Assembly: GCA_035255625.1 (NCBI GenBank)
Contig: DATEZM010000448.1
Coordinates: 1-58,186 of the forward strand
DNA from: Rhizomicrobium sp.
GTDB taxonomy: Bacteria; Pseudomonadota; Alphaproteobacteria; Micropepsales; Micropepsaceae
Length of the DNA stretch: 58,186 nucleotides
Direction: 5' to 3'
Shown here: positions 44,712 to 54,508 of the stretch, piece after piece
Numbering within the stretch: position 1 is the first letter of the stretch
How the letters are laid out: every line of letters starts with the position of its first letter
Program-made: the position numbers and the translations under genes
The notes under the pieces: generated by a model
Databases searched by the model: none
Told to the model about the DNA's origin: nothing
The model's input: the letters and a program-made list of their open reading frames with translations, nothing else

Positions 44712-47700
44712 GACTTCGGCCACAAATAGACGATGCCGACCGGTTCAAGCCGGCTGGCGCGGACTTCATAGGAGGCCGCGACGCGGGCGGGCTCGGTACG
44801 GAGTTCCGCCCCGATATCGGTGAGCCGTTGCGCCCAGCGACGGCGGTCCGCTTCTCGCTGCCGTCTCTCCGCCGGTTCAGTGAGGTCGAGTTCCAACTGA
44901 TCTGGCTGATCCTGCTCCTTGCGAATCTGTTCGCGCTGCGCGCGCAGCAGAGCTTCGAGACTTGCCGCCTCCTTCTTCGCGATGTCAGCGAGATCGGTAT
45001 TGGCTTTCGAGGACGCTGTTGCCGCGCGCTGTTCCAGGATCGGGCGCAGTTCAGAAATGTCGCGCTGTGCGCTCGATAGCAGCCGCTTGACTACGTCGGG
45101 TGCCGGCATGACGGCAGCCTTCAGTGCCTCATTCAGTTCGGCAAGCGTCGTTTCTTCGCCGGCGCGCCCATAGATACGCAGCGTGCGGGTTGCCGCATCC
45201 GTCCAACCTGCGGTGATCGGAATGATCTCTTCGTGCAGCCGAGCCGCGCCCGGACCGTAAAGCGCAAGCCGACCAATCAGCACGACGCGCGGTTGACCGC
45301 CTGAGGTTACAATTGCCGTCGCGCGATTAAGGCCGGATTGGAAACCCTGCGAAACGAAACGGGCGAGCAGTCGGCGAACCAGCCGGTGCTCCAGATGGAC
45401 CTGCACGACGCCATCGGCGTCTCGCCCATCCGCCAAGATCGGAGGCTCGAAGGTAATTGCGCGCACCGGATGTTCGGCGCGCCATTCGGCGAGCTTTTTA
45501 CGACCCGGCGGCCGGCCTTCGCGCAATTCATCGAAGAGCTGCGCCCAGGACGGGTCCTTGGTGAATGCCGGCAGCGTGGGATCGAGGCGAAATCCTCCCG
45601 CGATCTCCAGTTCGGGCGCCGGCACGAGAGGGACGTGGTCGCGGTCCAACGCGGTTCTCAGCACTGCCCTCAGATCAGCCGGGTCGATACCGACCTGGCG
45701 CCTGGAGTCATCCATTTCGCGTTTCAGGTGCTGGAGTTCGCGGTCGATGCGGGCGAGGCGGCGATCCTCGTCGTCGTCCATTTCCTTCTTGGCGTTGCGG
45801 GCGCGGACAGTGCCGTCTTCCTTGCCGATGCTGTCAGCAAGCGCGGTGGCTGAGGCGCGCGAGATTCCCCCGCTGGCCAGGCGATGATGGATGCTTTCGA
45901 GCAACACCTCTCCCGCCGAACCAAGCTGTTCGCGAATTGTCTCCGTCTTGCGAACGAGCGCATCGAGGACCTTGTCCTCTTCGCGTTGCGCATAGATGAA
46001 GTACCGGCACGTGACGGTTGGCGATGGTTGCAGCTTGCGATCAATGCGGCCATTACGCTGTTCTAGCCGCGACGGATTCCAAGGCAGATCAAAATGAATG
46101 AGGTCATGGCAGCGGGTCTGGAGGTTAATGCCTTCGCGCGCAGCGTCCGTGCAGATCAGAATGCGTAGCGGCTCCTTCTTCGGATCGGCGTTGAAGGCGC
46201 TCTTCACATCGTCACGACGATGTTGTCCGGTGATTCCTGTGAAGATCGCGATGCGCTCGTCGGCCTGATCCGAACCGGAAATTTCCTCCTTCAAACGCTT
46301 TTCGAGCCAGAGGCGCGTATCCTCCCACTCGGTGAAGATAAGTAATCGGCGCTGGTTCCAGTGCCCTGACTTGTCCAACAGGTTCTGCTTGATCCAGTTG
46401 ATCAACCAATTCACGCGCGCGTCGGACCTGCGCTCATAGCGCGTCGAGATTTCCAGCATCTTCTCGACGATGGCGATTGCCTCGTCAAAGCTGCGCAGGG
46501 CACCGGCGACAGCGCTAGTCGCACCGTCGGCCAGCTCATCGTCCTGGCTCTGCAAGAGCGCAAGCTGTTCCTCTTCGTCTCCGTGCGCGGAGACATCGGC
46601 CTCAGCGGCTCCCTTCGCGAGCAGAGCTGCCGCGTCACTACCTGCGTTTACCGACACGACGCCGTCTCGATGACGCTTCAGCGTGCTGAGATGACGCCGC
46701 AGTGTCCGCGCGAAAGCTGGAATCGAAGAGAAAAGACGCTGCTGCAAGCCGGAGAACAGGAACCGGGCTTGGCCCAGCGGCGTGCCCTCCAGTCCGTGCT
46801 CGCTCCAGGTGCGATAGTCCTGTAGCAGCGACGACAGAACGAGTTCCGGTGTATCCGTCTGAAGATTATCGAGGACGACGGGCTCAATCTCGCGCTTCGG
46901 GAAGCTAGAAACATTGAGCTTAAGGAGATCGCTCTTGAGGCGGCGCACCATGACCGCGTTGAGCGCCTCGGGTGTAACCGGCACGCCGCGCATAAACCGC
47001 TGCGGGTCAAGCAGTTCCAGCAGAGACGAAAAGCTGTTCGAGTGACCGTTGTGCGGCGTGGCTGACAAAAAGAGCCGATGCTCAAACCGGGCGGCTAAGC
47101 CCCGCACTGCGCGTGTAAACTGGCTGTCGGTCGCATAAGCGGTGCCACTAGCCGGTGCCGCGTGATGCGCCTCGTCAAGAATGAGCAGTGCACGCGGCCT
47201 GAATTCGCCGAGAGCGACCTTCAAGTCGCCGGCGTAGGTCTCGTCGCCAAGCAGGCTATGGGAGACAATAAACCGGGAGCCGGTACGCCAAGGGTTGGCG
47301 CTGAAACCTTGGCTGCGCCTGATCGCGGCGAGAAATTCGCGGTCGATGATCGTGAAGTTGAGACCGAACTTCTGTGCAAGCTCATCCTGCCATTGACCCG
47401 TCATCGCAGCTGGCGCGGACACGACCACGAAGTCCACACGCCTGCGCAGCAACATCTCGCGCAGTACCAGGCCCGCTTCAACCGTTTTGCCGAGGCCGAC
47501 ATCGTCGGCAATTAGCAGGTTCACACGCGGCAGTTTGAGTGCTTTTGAGAGCGGCAGAAGTTGATACGGCTCCAGGCGAATGCCGGCGCGAAAGGGCGCT
47601 TGGAATAGTTCTCGATCTGCGGCGGTCGCCGACCGCCACGTCACCGCGCGCAGGTGGGCGGCCAGAACGTCCGGATCGTCGCTACCCTCTCGCGCGATCT

Positions 47701-47908
47701 GCTTCCAAAGGTCCTCTTCGACGCGAACGACATCGATTTCAGAGTCCAGGAGAAGCCTCAGTTCCTCACCCTGCGCGTCGTCAGCGATACACGCCAAGTC
47801 AACGAATTTGAGATCAGTGCCATCGATCGAGTGGCCCTCGACCAGCCACTCGCGACTGCGGACGCGGATCAGTGAACCGGTTTCTGGAGAGTCGGAAGAA
47901 GGGGCCAT
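44708..47908 (-). CDS. drmD: DISARM SNF2-like helicase DrmD
   Basis: PRVNLLIADDVGLGKTVEAG, ILDEAHH, LSATPHNGH, TDAAREGINLQ, DLPWNPSRLEQRNGRIDR. Confidence 0.95.
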   Translation of the reverse strand: MAPSSDSPETGSLIRVRSREWLVEGHSIDGTDLKFVDLACIADDAQGEELRLLLDSEIDVVRVEEDLWKQIAREGSDDPDVLAAHLRAVTWRSATAADRELFQAPFRAGIRLEPYQLLPLSKALKLPRVNLLIADDVGLGKTVEAGLVLREMLLRRRVDFVVVSAPAAMTGQWQDELAQKFGLNFTIIDREFLAAIRRSQGFSANPWRTGSRFIVSHSLLGDETYAGDLKVALGEFRPRALLILDEAHHAAPASGTAYATDSQFTRAVRGLAARFEHRLFLSATPHNGHSNSFSSLLELLDPQRFMRGVPVTPEALNAVMVRRLKSDLLKLNVSSFPKREIEPVVLDNLQTDTPELVLSSLLQDYRTWSEHGLEGTPLGQARFLFSGLQQRLFSSIPAFARTLRRHLSTLKRHRDGVVSVNAGSDAAALLAKGAAEADVSAHGDEEEQLALLQSQDDELADGATSAVAGALRSFDEAIAIVEKMLEISTRYERRSDARVNWLINWIKQNLLDKSGHWNQRRLLIFTEWEDTRLWLEKRLKEEISGSDQADERIAIFTGITGQHRRDDVKSAFNADPKKEPLRILICTDAAREGINLQTRCHDLIHFDLPWNPSRLEQRNGRIDRKLQPSPTVTCRYFIYAQREEDKVLDALVRKTETIREQLGSAGEVLLESIHHRLASGGISRASATALADSIGKEDGTVRARNAKKEMDDDEDRRLARIDRELQHLKREMDDSRRQVGIDPADLRAVLRTALDRDHVPLVPAPELEIAGGFRLDPTLPAFTKDPSWAQLFDELREGRPPGRKKLAEWRAEHPVRAITFEPPILADGRDADGVVQVHLEHRLVRRLLARFVSQGFQSGLNRATAIVTSGGQPRVVLIGRLALYGPGAARLHEEIIPITAGWTDAATRTLRIYGRAGEETTLAELNEALKAAVMPAPDVVKRLLSSAQRDISELRPILEQRAATASSKANTDLADIAKKEAASLEALLRAQREQIRKEQDQPDQLELDLTEPAERRQREADRRRWAQRLTDIGAELRTEPARVAASYEVRASRLEPVGIVYLWPKS

Positions 47909-48081
47909 GTATCCAACGAACGTCAACACCGCTGAAGCGATGTCTTAATGTGATGTCTTTGTCGGGACCGCAGTGGCACTTCGCGGACGCCCATTTCAAC
48001 CTTAACTCGGCTCGGGCAGAACGCACCGTGGCTCGACTAGATCATCGCCTACCAAAAGCTGTCCGCCCAGCATCCGTCCTG

Positions 48082-48100
48082 TGTGACCTGGCTGAGACCT
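48082..48100 (+). repeat. Candidate integrase arm-type sites at the right end
   Basis: TGTGACCT (48082) and TGAGACCT (48093), with the same 11-bp period as 7517/7528. Confidence 0.7.
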
Positions 48101-48160
48101 AGAAGCCAGAAAGGCGGCCCCACCAATTTGTGACGCCGCCTAACCATTTGAATTATTTGC

Positions 48161-48212
48161 GAAACCTGGAGCGGGCGAGGCGAATCGAACGCCCGACCCT
48201 AACCTTGGCAAG
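48161..48212. repeat. Island attachment site: second copy of the 52-bp direct repeat
   Basis: Identical to 7347-7398; overlaps the 3' half of the intact tRNA. Confidence 0.97.
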
Positions 48213-48241
48213 GTTATGCTCTACCCCTGAGCTACGCCCGC
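48167..48241 (-). tRNA. tRNA-Gly(GCC)
   Basis: GCGGGCGTAGCTCAGGGGTAGAGCATAACCTTGCCAAGGTTAGGGTCGGGCGTTCGATTCGCCTCGCCCGCTCCA; 75 nt cloverleaf with encoded CCA. Confidence 0.97.
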
Positions 48242-48260
48242 GTTCCAAGTTTGGGCGGCG

Positions 48261-48289
48261 GTTATGGCCCATGGCGGGGTACGATTCAA
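48261..48289 (-). promoter_or_regulatory. Sigma70-like promoter of tRNA-Gly
   Basis: Minus strand TTGAAT-17 nt-CATAAC followed by a GC-rich discriminator. Confidence 0.6.
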
Positions 48290-48411
48290 GCCAGTTAAGG
48301 CCGGGTCCCTGACGGCGGGTTCCATCGCCGGCGGTAGGGGCGCTGCGGCGCTTTCGTGGCAACGGAACCGCGGCCGACTCGACGTTCAATGATCGTCAGG
48401 AGGGCGCGCCC

Positions 48412-49926
48412 ATGTCCATCGAAGGTGTCATCGCTGCCAACCGCTTTGGGCTCGGCGCCCGGCCCGGCGAGGTCGCCGTGGTTTCGTCCGATCCCAAGGG
48501 CTGGCTCAAGGCTCAGTTGACGGCGGAACGGGAATTGCCAAAGCCGCTAATGGCGCTGCCCTCGACCGTCGACGACATGAGCGCCTTCTTCAAATGGATC
48601 CGCCAGATCGCCGACGAGGCGAAGGCGCACGGCATGGACCCCTATCATCTGAAGCCGCAAGGCACGCCCGGAAATGCCATGACTGGCGGCGGCATGTCCG
48701 GCGGCGACAATGGCTTCAGTATCGAGCGCGAATATCTGAAGGCGTTCTTGCCACGCTACGCGGTGGCGGTGAAGGCCCGCTACGACGTCGCGGTCGCGAC
48801 CGAGCGGCCGTTTTTCGAGCGCCTTGTTCATTTCTGGACAAATCACTTCGTCGTGTCGGGTGCGAAGCCCGGCGCGATCACCATGCCGCCGTCCTTCGAG
48901 CGCGACGTGATCCGGCCCAACGTAGCCGGGCGCTTCGCCGATAAGTTGATCGCTTCGTCCAAACATCCGGCAATGCTCTACTATCTCGACAATTACCATT
49001 CCATCGGGCCGAACTCGAAAGTCGGCAAGGATCCATCTCTCCGCATACCGAAGGAACAGCAGGCCTTCGCTATTCCGCAGGTCGCTGGCCTCAACGAGAA
49101 TCTGGCGCGCGAGATCATGGAACTGCAGACGCTCGGCGTGCGCAGCGGCTACAGCCAGGCCGACGTCACCAGCTTCGCGCGCGTCATCACCGGATGGACG
49201 ATCGCGGGGCCGCCCCGAGTGCCGCTCTACAAGCTCGTGCTGCAGGGTCGCCTGAACGGACGCGGCCTCTTCGAGTTCGATGACGAGGAGCACGAGCCGG
49301 GTCCGCAGACGATCATGGGCAGGGTCTACGACCAGGCCGGCGTCGACCAAGGCGAGGCCGTGCTCAACGATTTCGCGCGCCATCCCGCAACAGCGCATTT
49401 CATCGCAACCAAGCTCGCACGCCATTTCATCGCCGACGATCCCCCGCCGGCAGTGGTGGATCGCTTGGCGCGGACCTTCCACGAAAGCGACGGCGACCTC
49501 AAAGCGGTGTGCAGCGCCTTGGTCGACAGTCCGGAAGCGTTCGATCCCAAGCCGCGCAAGTTCAAGCAGCCTGAGGACTATGTGATCTCTGCGGCCCGGG
49601 CGCTTCCGGCATTGCAGTCCGATCCCGGGTCCCTGCTGCGCGCCTATGGCAGCATGGGCCAGACACCCTACAACCCACCGGGGCCGAATGGCTGGCCCGA
49701 CATCGAGGCCGAATGGCTCGGCGCCGATGCCGTATGGAAGCGCTTCGAATGGGCGAACCAGGCGGCGCAGAGCGTCGCGACGACTACCATGAATCCGGTG
49801 GAGCTGGCGAAGGATGTGCTGGGTCCTACGCTGTCGCGCTCGACCGAACAGGCGATCAGCCGGGCGCAAAGCCCAGCGCAAGGGTTGACGCTGTTGCTGG
49901 CATCGGCCGAGTTTCAGAGGAGATGA
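48412..49926 (+). CDS. DUF1800 family protein
   Basis: NRFGLGARPG, ERLVHFWTNHF, HPAMLYYLDN, NENLAREIMELQTLG, PPGPNGWPD, SAEFQRR. Confidence 0.93.
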   Translation: MSIEGVIAANRFGLGARPGEVAVVSSDPKGWLKAQLTAERELPKPLMALPSTVDDMSAFFKWIRQIADEAKAHGMDPYHLKPQGTPGNAMTGGGMSGGDNGFSIEREYLKAFLPRYAVAVKARYDVAVATERPFFERLVHFWTNHFVVSGAKPGAITMPPSFERDVIRPNVAGRFADKLIASSKHPAMLYYLDNYHSIGPNSKVGKDPSLRIPKEQQAFAIPQVAGLNENLAREIMELQTLGVRSGYSQADVTSFARVITGWTIAGPPRVPLYKLVLQGRLNGRGLFEFDDEEHEPGPQTIMGRVYDQAGVDQGEAVLNDFARHPATAHFIATKLARHFIADDPPPAVVDRLARTFHESDGDLKAVCSALVDSPEAFDPKPRKFKQPEDYVISAARALPALQSDPGSLLRAYGSMGQTPYNPPGPNGWPDIEAEWLGADAVWKRFEWANQAAQSVATTTMNPVELAKDVLGPTLSRSTEQAISRAQSPAQGLTLLLASAEFQRR

Positions 49927-51089
49927 CGATGGTCACTCGCAGACATGCTCTCGGACTCGTGGGTGGCGGTCTCGTCACCGCCGGGCTGCCACATCTGGCG
50001 TTTGCCGCGGCGGAAACCGACAAGCGACTCGTCGTCGTGCTGTTGCGCGGTGCCATGGATGGGCTTTCCGCCGTCCCTGCCATCGGCGATCCGGATTACG
50101 AGCGCGCGCGCAACGGCCTGGCGCAGGAGGGTGTGCTGAAGCTCGACAGCACCTTTGGCCTCCATCCCAATCTTGCCGGCATGAAGGTGCTCTACGATTC
50201 CGGCGAGCTGATCGTCGTGCATGCCGTGGCTACGCCCTATCGCGACCGGTCGCACTTCGACGGCCAGAACCTGCTCGAGAACGGCTCGGAAAAGCCCTAT
50301 GGGCTCGACACCGGCTGGCTTAACCGCGCTTTGGCGCAGATGCCGGGATCGGGAAAGCCGCTCGGCGTCGCGCTCAACTCGCATATGCCGCTAATGATGC
50401 GCGGTCCGGCTCCGGTGACATCCTGGGCACCTTCCCTGCTTGCGCCACCTGACGGCGACACCGTGCAGAGGCTGGCTGCGCTCTATGGCGAGACCGATCC
50501 GCTGCTCGCGAGGGATTTCGCCAATGCGCAGGGCGCCAACAGCGTGGCGATGGGTGCCGGAGGCGACGGCGGCTACCAGGCTTTCGCTGGGTTGATGACT
50601 GCTGCCGCGAAATTTTTGAGGACGCCCGATGGCGAGCGCGTCGCCATGGTCGAGATCGGCGGGTGGGACACGCATGTGAACCAGGCGGGTGCGTTCAGTC
50701 CGCTATCGACCAACCTTCTCACGCTCGACAAGGGCATCACCGCGCTCAGGACGGCGCTCGGTCCGGTGTGGAAAGACACCGCCGTGCTCATTGTGAGCGA
50801 GTTTGGGCGCACCGTCGCGATGAACGGCACGCAGGGTACTGACCATGGCACAGCGGGCGCGGTGTTCGTCGCCGGCGGCGCGATCAAGGGCGGCGGCGTG
50901 ATCGCCGATTGGCCGGGGCTTAAGCCGGCATCGCTCTACCAAGCGCGCGACCTGATGCCGACAACCGATTTCCGCACGATCGCGACCGGAGTGCTGCGCG
51001 ATCACATGGGGCTTCAGGGCATGCAGCTTGCCGCAGTCTTCCCATCTAGCGCACCGATCATGCCGCGCGACGGTCTCATTCGCGCTTGA
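49923..51089 (+). CDS. DUF1501 family protein (Tat signal)
   Basis: TRRHAL Tat-like signal, LRGAMDGLS, RSHFDGQ, GGWDTH, SEFGRT...GTDHG. Confidence 0.93.
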   Translation: MTMVTRRHALGLVGGGLVTAGLPHLAFAAAETDKRLVVVLLRGAMDGLSAVPAIGDPDYERARNGLAQEGVLKLDSTFGLHPNLAGMKVLYDSGELIVVHAVATPYRDRSHFDGQNLLENGSEKPYGLDTGWLNRALAQMPGSGKPLGVALNSHMPLMMRGPAPVTSWAPSLLAPPDGDTVQRLAALYGETDPLLARDFANAQGANSVAMGAGGDGGYQAFAGLMTAAAKFLRTPDGERVAMVEIGGWDTHVNQAGAFSPLSTNLLTLDKGITALRTALGPVWKDTAVLIVSEFGRTVAMNGTQGTDHGTAGAVFVAGGAIKGGGVIADWPGLKPASLYQARDLMPTTDFRTIATGVLRDHMGLQGMQLAAVFPSSAPIMPRDGLIRA

Positions 51090-51855
51090 AGTGCGGCTCG
51101 CGCTTCTCGGCGAAGGCGACCAACGCCTCCTTGTGATCGGTGCTGCGGCCGAGCACGGCAACTTCCTTCGCACTCAATGCGGCCGCCTCAGCCATTGTCA
51201 GGTTCGGCGCCAGCGACGCCATGCGCTTGACTGCTTCGACTGACAACGGCGCGCGGCTGGCGATGCGCCCGGTGAGATTGACCGCTTCCGTCACAAGAGC
51301 GTCCGGCGGGTGGACCGCCGTCACGAGACCGAAGCGTTCGGCAGTCGCCGCGTCGCACGGCAGGCCGGTCAGCAGCATGTGTTTGGCGCGCGCTACGCCG
51401 ATCAGACGGGGTAGGCGATAAGCCGAAGCCAAAAGCCCGACATTGACGCCGGAGCAGACGAAACTTGCCGCGGTCGAAGCTATGCGGATGTCGCAGACAG
51501 AGGCCAGCTCCAGACCGCCGCCGAGACAGTGGCCGTTGACCGCCGCGATCACGGGAAGCCGGAAGTTCTCGATGCGATCGAGCACACGGCCGAACTCGCC
51601 AAGATGAGCGCTGCTCTTTGCTTTCTGCGCCTCAGCTTGCTCCTTGAGATCGTCGCCGCTGCAGAAGGCTCGGCCTCGGCCCGTCAGAACGACGGCTCGG
51701 ACGAGTTTGTCGGCATCGATTGTATCCAGGCGCTCAAGGAGTTCTGCACGCGGCACACGACCGAGCGCGTTCATCGGCGGATTGTCGATCTCCAGCAGCG
51801 CCACGCCTGCGGCGGGGCGGCTGATATGGATGGTCGCTGCGCTCACTTGGCCCAC
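51076..51855 (-). CDS. Enoyl-CoA hydratase/isomerase
   Basis: NPPMNAL, FCSGDDL, PVIAAVNGHCLGGGLELASVCDIRIA, AFAEKREPHF. Confidence 0.93.
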   Translation of the reverse strand: MGQVSAATIHISRPAAGVALLEIDNPPMNALGRVPRAELLERLDTIDADKLVRAVVLTGRGRAFCSGDDLKEQAEAQKAKSSAHLGEFGRVLDRIENFRLPVIAAVNGHCLGGGLELASVCDIRIASTAASFVCSGVNVGLLASAYRLPRLIGVARAKHMLLTGLPCDAATAERFGLVTAVHPPDALVTEAVNLTGRIASRAPLSVEAVKRMASLAPNLTMAEAAALSAKEVAVLGRSTDHKEALVAFAEKREPHFKRE

Positions 51856-52352
51856 TGCGCAAGCCAGTCGACGATACCTTGCGGTGTCATGTGCCGCGCA
51901 TCTTCCAGCGCCGCGATGTGACCCGCATCGACCAGCGTCTTGCCATTCGGTTCGACCACCAGCACTGTCGGCACACCGCCTTTGAGGTCGACACCGAAGC
52001 GCGCCGGGATCTGCAGGTTCTTGTTCTCGCGCCCGACGTCGACGCTCACCACCTCATAGTGCGCCACGACGAATGACTTGACCTCGGGCAGCGCCATGAT
52101 GTTCGCCAGCACGACGCAGTCTCCACACCAATTGCCGCCCAGGTCGATCAGCACGCGCTTGCCGCTCCTGCGCGCCCGTGCGAACGCAGCCGCGACATCT
52201 TTGTCGCCGTTCGCCATCTCGTCGTAGGGCACGCGCGTCACCACGGGCAGATCCGCCATGGTTGCGATCGCCACCTTTGGCGCGGGGACCGCCGCCAATG
52301 CAACGCCCACGCTCGCGATGCTCGCAAGTAGAACAAGACTGAGTGTTTTCAT
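51843..52352 (-). CDS. Exported thioredoxin-family protein
   Basis: Signal peptide, GGNWCGDC, GVPT cis-Pro loop. Confidence 0.92.
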   Translation of the reverse strand: MKTLSLVLLASIASVGVALAAVPAPKVAIATMADLPVVTRVPYDEMANGDKDVAAAFARARRSGKRVLIDLGGNWCGDCVVLANIMALPEVKSFVVAHYEVVSVDVGRENKNLQIPARFGVDLKGGVPTVLVVEPNGKTLVDAGHIAALEDARHMTPQGIVDWLAQWAK

Positions 52353-54376
52353 GCAGCCAATCCTCGTCCTTCGAGCAATGCATCGATCTTCGGATCGCGG
52401 CCCCGGAACAGCCGATAGGCTAGGGCAAAATCGCGCGTGCTGCCGGCGGAATAGATGAAGTCATGCAGGCGCTTTGCCGTCGCCGGATCGAAGGAGTCTT
52501 TCGCTTCCTTGAAAGCATCGAAGCCGTCGGCGTCGAGCACTTCGGACCACAGATAGGAGTAATAGCCCGCCGAATAACCATCGCCGCCAAAGATGTGCAG
52601 GAAATGCGGGCTCGCATGCCGCATGACGATTTCCTTCGGCATGCCGATGCGCGCGAGCGCTTTCGCCTGGAAGGCGGCGGGGTCGATGTCAGCTCCATCA
52701 CCCAGCGCGTGAAAATCGAGATCGACGAGCGCCGATGCCAAGAATTCGACGGTAGAGAAGCCCTGGTTGAAATTCCGCGCCGCGGCCAGCTTGTCGAGGA
52801 GCGCTTTGGGAATCGGGTTTCCGGTCTGCGCATGCGCCGCGAAACGCTCCAACGTCTGCGGCACTTCCAGCCAGTGCTCGAAGATCTGCGACGGTAGTTC
52901 CACGAAGTCCCGCGCCACATTCGTTCCAGCGAGGCGGGGGTAACGCACCTGGCTCAACAGCCCGTGCAACGCATGCCCGAACTCGTGGAACAGGGTCTTG
53001 GCCTCGTCGAATGACAGCAGCGCCGGATCGGACTTCGGGAAATTGCAGTTGTTGACAATAAGCGGCGTGACCGGACGTTTCAGATTCTCCTGGTCGCGGA
53101 AGGAACTCATCCACGCGCCGCCACGCTTGGAGGCCCGCGCGAAATAGTCGCCGTAAAACAGCCCGACATGCACGCCGCTGCGCGCCACCTCCCATACCCG
53201 GACGTCGGGATGGTAGATGGGGATATCCTTGCGCTCGTGGAAGTCGAGGCCGAACAGGCGATGTGCCGTATCGAAGGCGGCCGCGATCATCCGGTCCAGC
53301 TGGAAATAGGGCATGAGCTCCGCCTCATCCAGGTCATAGCGTTCCTTGCGCAGCTTTTCGGCGTAATAACGCCAATCCCAGGCCGCGAGCGCGAAATTGC
53401 CGCCCTCGCGCGCGATCCCCTCCTGCAGCGCGTCGCGCTCCTCTAGCGCTCGCCGCCGTGCCGGCGTCCACACCTGATCGAGCAGGTCGCGTGCCGTGTC
53501 GGGCGTCTTGGCCATCGTGTCGGCGAGTTTGTAGTGAGCGAAGGTCGGATAGCCGAGCAGCTTTGCCCGCTCCATGCGCAACGCGACCATCTCCCGAATG
53601 ATTGCCGCATTGTCGTGCGCGTTGCGGTTTGCGCCACGTGAGACCCAGGCGGTGAAGATCTTTTCGCGCAAGTTGCGGTCGTCGGCGAAGGTCAGGAACG
53701 GCTCGACGCTCGAGCGCGCCGTGGTCAATGCATAAGGCGCGGCAACTCCACGCCCCTTTGCAGTCTCGGCTGCAGCCTCACGCGCGAAGGCTGGAACGCC
53801 TGCCATAGCGGCTTCGTCCAGCGGAAGGACGAAACCTTGCTCATCGGCCAGTACGTTCTGCGCAAAGGCGGTGCCGAGGCTTGCAAGTTCTTCGACGATC
53901 ACCGCCAGCTTTTCCTTGTCCCTGCCCTGGAGTTTTGCGCCGGCACGGACAAAATCCAGATGATAGCGCTCCAACACGCGCGCCGCTTCGGGGTCGAGGC
54001 CGAGCCGGTCACGCTTGGTCTGGAGTGTGTCGATTCGCGCGAACAGATTAGTGTTGAGATGGACGTCGTTCCAATGCTTCGCCAGAAGCGGGGCCATGTC
54101 GCGCTCGACGGCCTGCAACGTGTCGTTGGTGTGCGACGCCGCCAGATTGCCGAACACCGCCTCGACCTTGCTCAACAGTCTCCCTGAATCCTCCAGCGCT
54201 TCGATCGTATTCGCGAAGGTCGGGGCGTCCGGATTGTTCGCGATTGCCACGATCTCCCGGTCATGCTCCGCGAGCGCGCGCGCATAGGCGGGACGAAAAT
54301 GCTCATCCCGGATGCGATCGAAAGGCGGCGCCCCGAACGCTGTGGTCCAAATCTCGAAAAACGGGTTGGTGGACAT
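52349..54376 (-). CDS. dcp: M3A peptidyl-dipeptidase Dcp
   Basis: NPFF..W...FGAPPF, SKRGGAWMSS, FHEFGHALH, DFVELPSQ, GYSAGYYSYLWSEVLDAD. Confidence 0.92.
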   Translation of the reverse strand: MSTNPFFEIWTTAFGAPPFDRIRDEHFRPAYARALAEHDREIVAIANNPDAPTFANTIEALEDSGRLLSKVEAVFGNLAASHTNDTLQAVERDMAPLLAKHWNDVHLNTNLFARIDTLQTKRDRLGLDPEAARVLERYHLDFVRAGAKLQGRDKEKLAVIVEELASLGTAFAQNVLADEQGFVLPLDEAAMAGVPAFAREAAAETAKGRGVAAPYALTTARSSVEPFLTFADDRNLREKIFTAWVSRGANRNAHDNAAIIREMVALRMERAKLLGYPTFAHYKLADTMAKTPDTARDLLDQVWTPARRRALEERDALQEGIAREGGNFALAAWDWRYYAEKLRKERYDLDEAELMPYFQLDRMIAAAFDTAHRLFGLDFHERKDIPIYHPDVRVWEVARSGVHVGLFYGDYFARASKRGGAWMSSFRDQENLKRPVTPLIVNNCNFPKSDPALLSFDEAKTLFHEFGHALHGLLSQVRYPRLAGTNVARDFVELPSQIFEHWLEVPQTLERFAAHAQTGNPIPKALLDKLAAARNFNQGFSTVEFLASALVDLDFHALGDGADIDPAAFQAKALARIGMPKEIVMRHASPHFLHIFGGDGYSAGYYSYLWSEVLDADGFDAFKEAKDSFDPATAKRLHDFIYSAGSTRDFALAYRLFRGRDPKIDALLEGRGLAA

Positions 54377-54508
54377 CGCGGATGCTTCATGAATCGAGCC
54401 ATCCTAGCAAGCACCGGTCATCCCGCAACTCTTCACGGCCGCGTGTGGACTGCTGGCTAGGATCGCGCAATATGCTAAGGATATTTTCGTCATCGGATGG
54501 GGAAGTGC

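Larger units (their letters stand above)
7347..48212. mobile_element. ~40.8 kb genomic island integrated in tRNA-Gly(GCC), with int-alpA-primase core and catabolic and defence cargo
   Basis: Terminal 52-bp direct repeat, integrase next to one end, accessory gene content, visibly more AT-rich intergenic DNA than the flanks. Confidence 0.95.

Noticed and set aside
48547-49881. Long antisense ORFs (e.g. 444 aa opposite DUF1800; also 3207-4226, 8037-8909, 18014-18952)
   Set aside because: Shadow ORFs expected from high-GC codon bias opposite well-supported genes; no motifs
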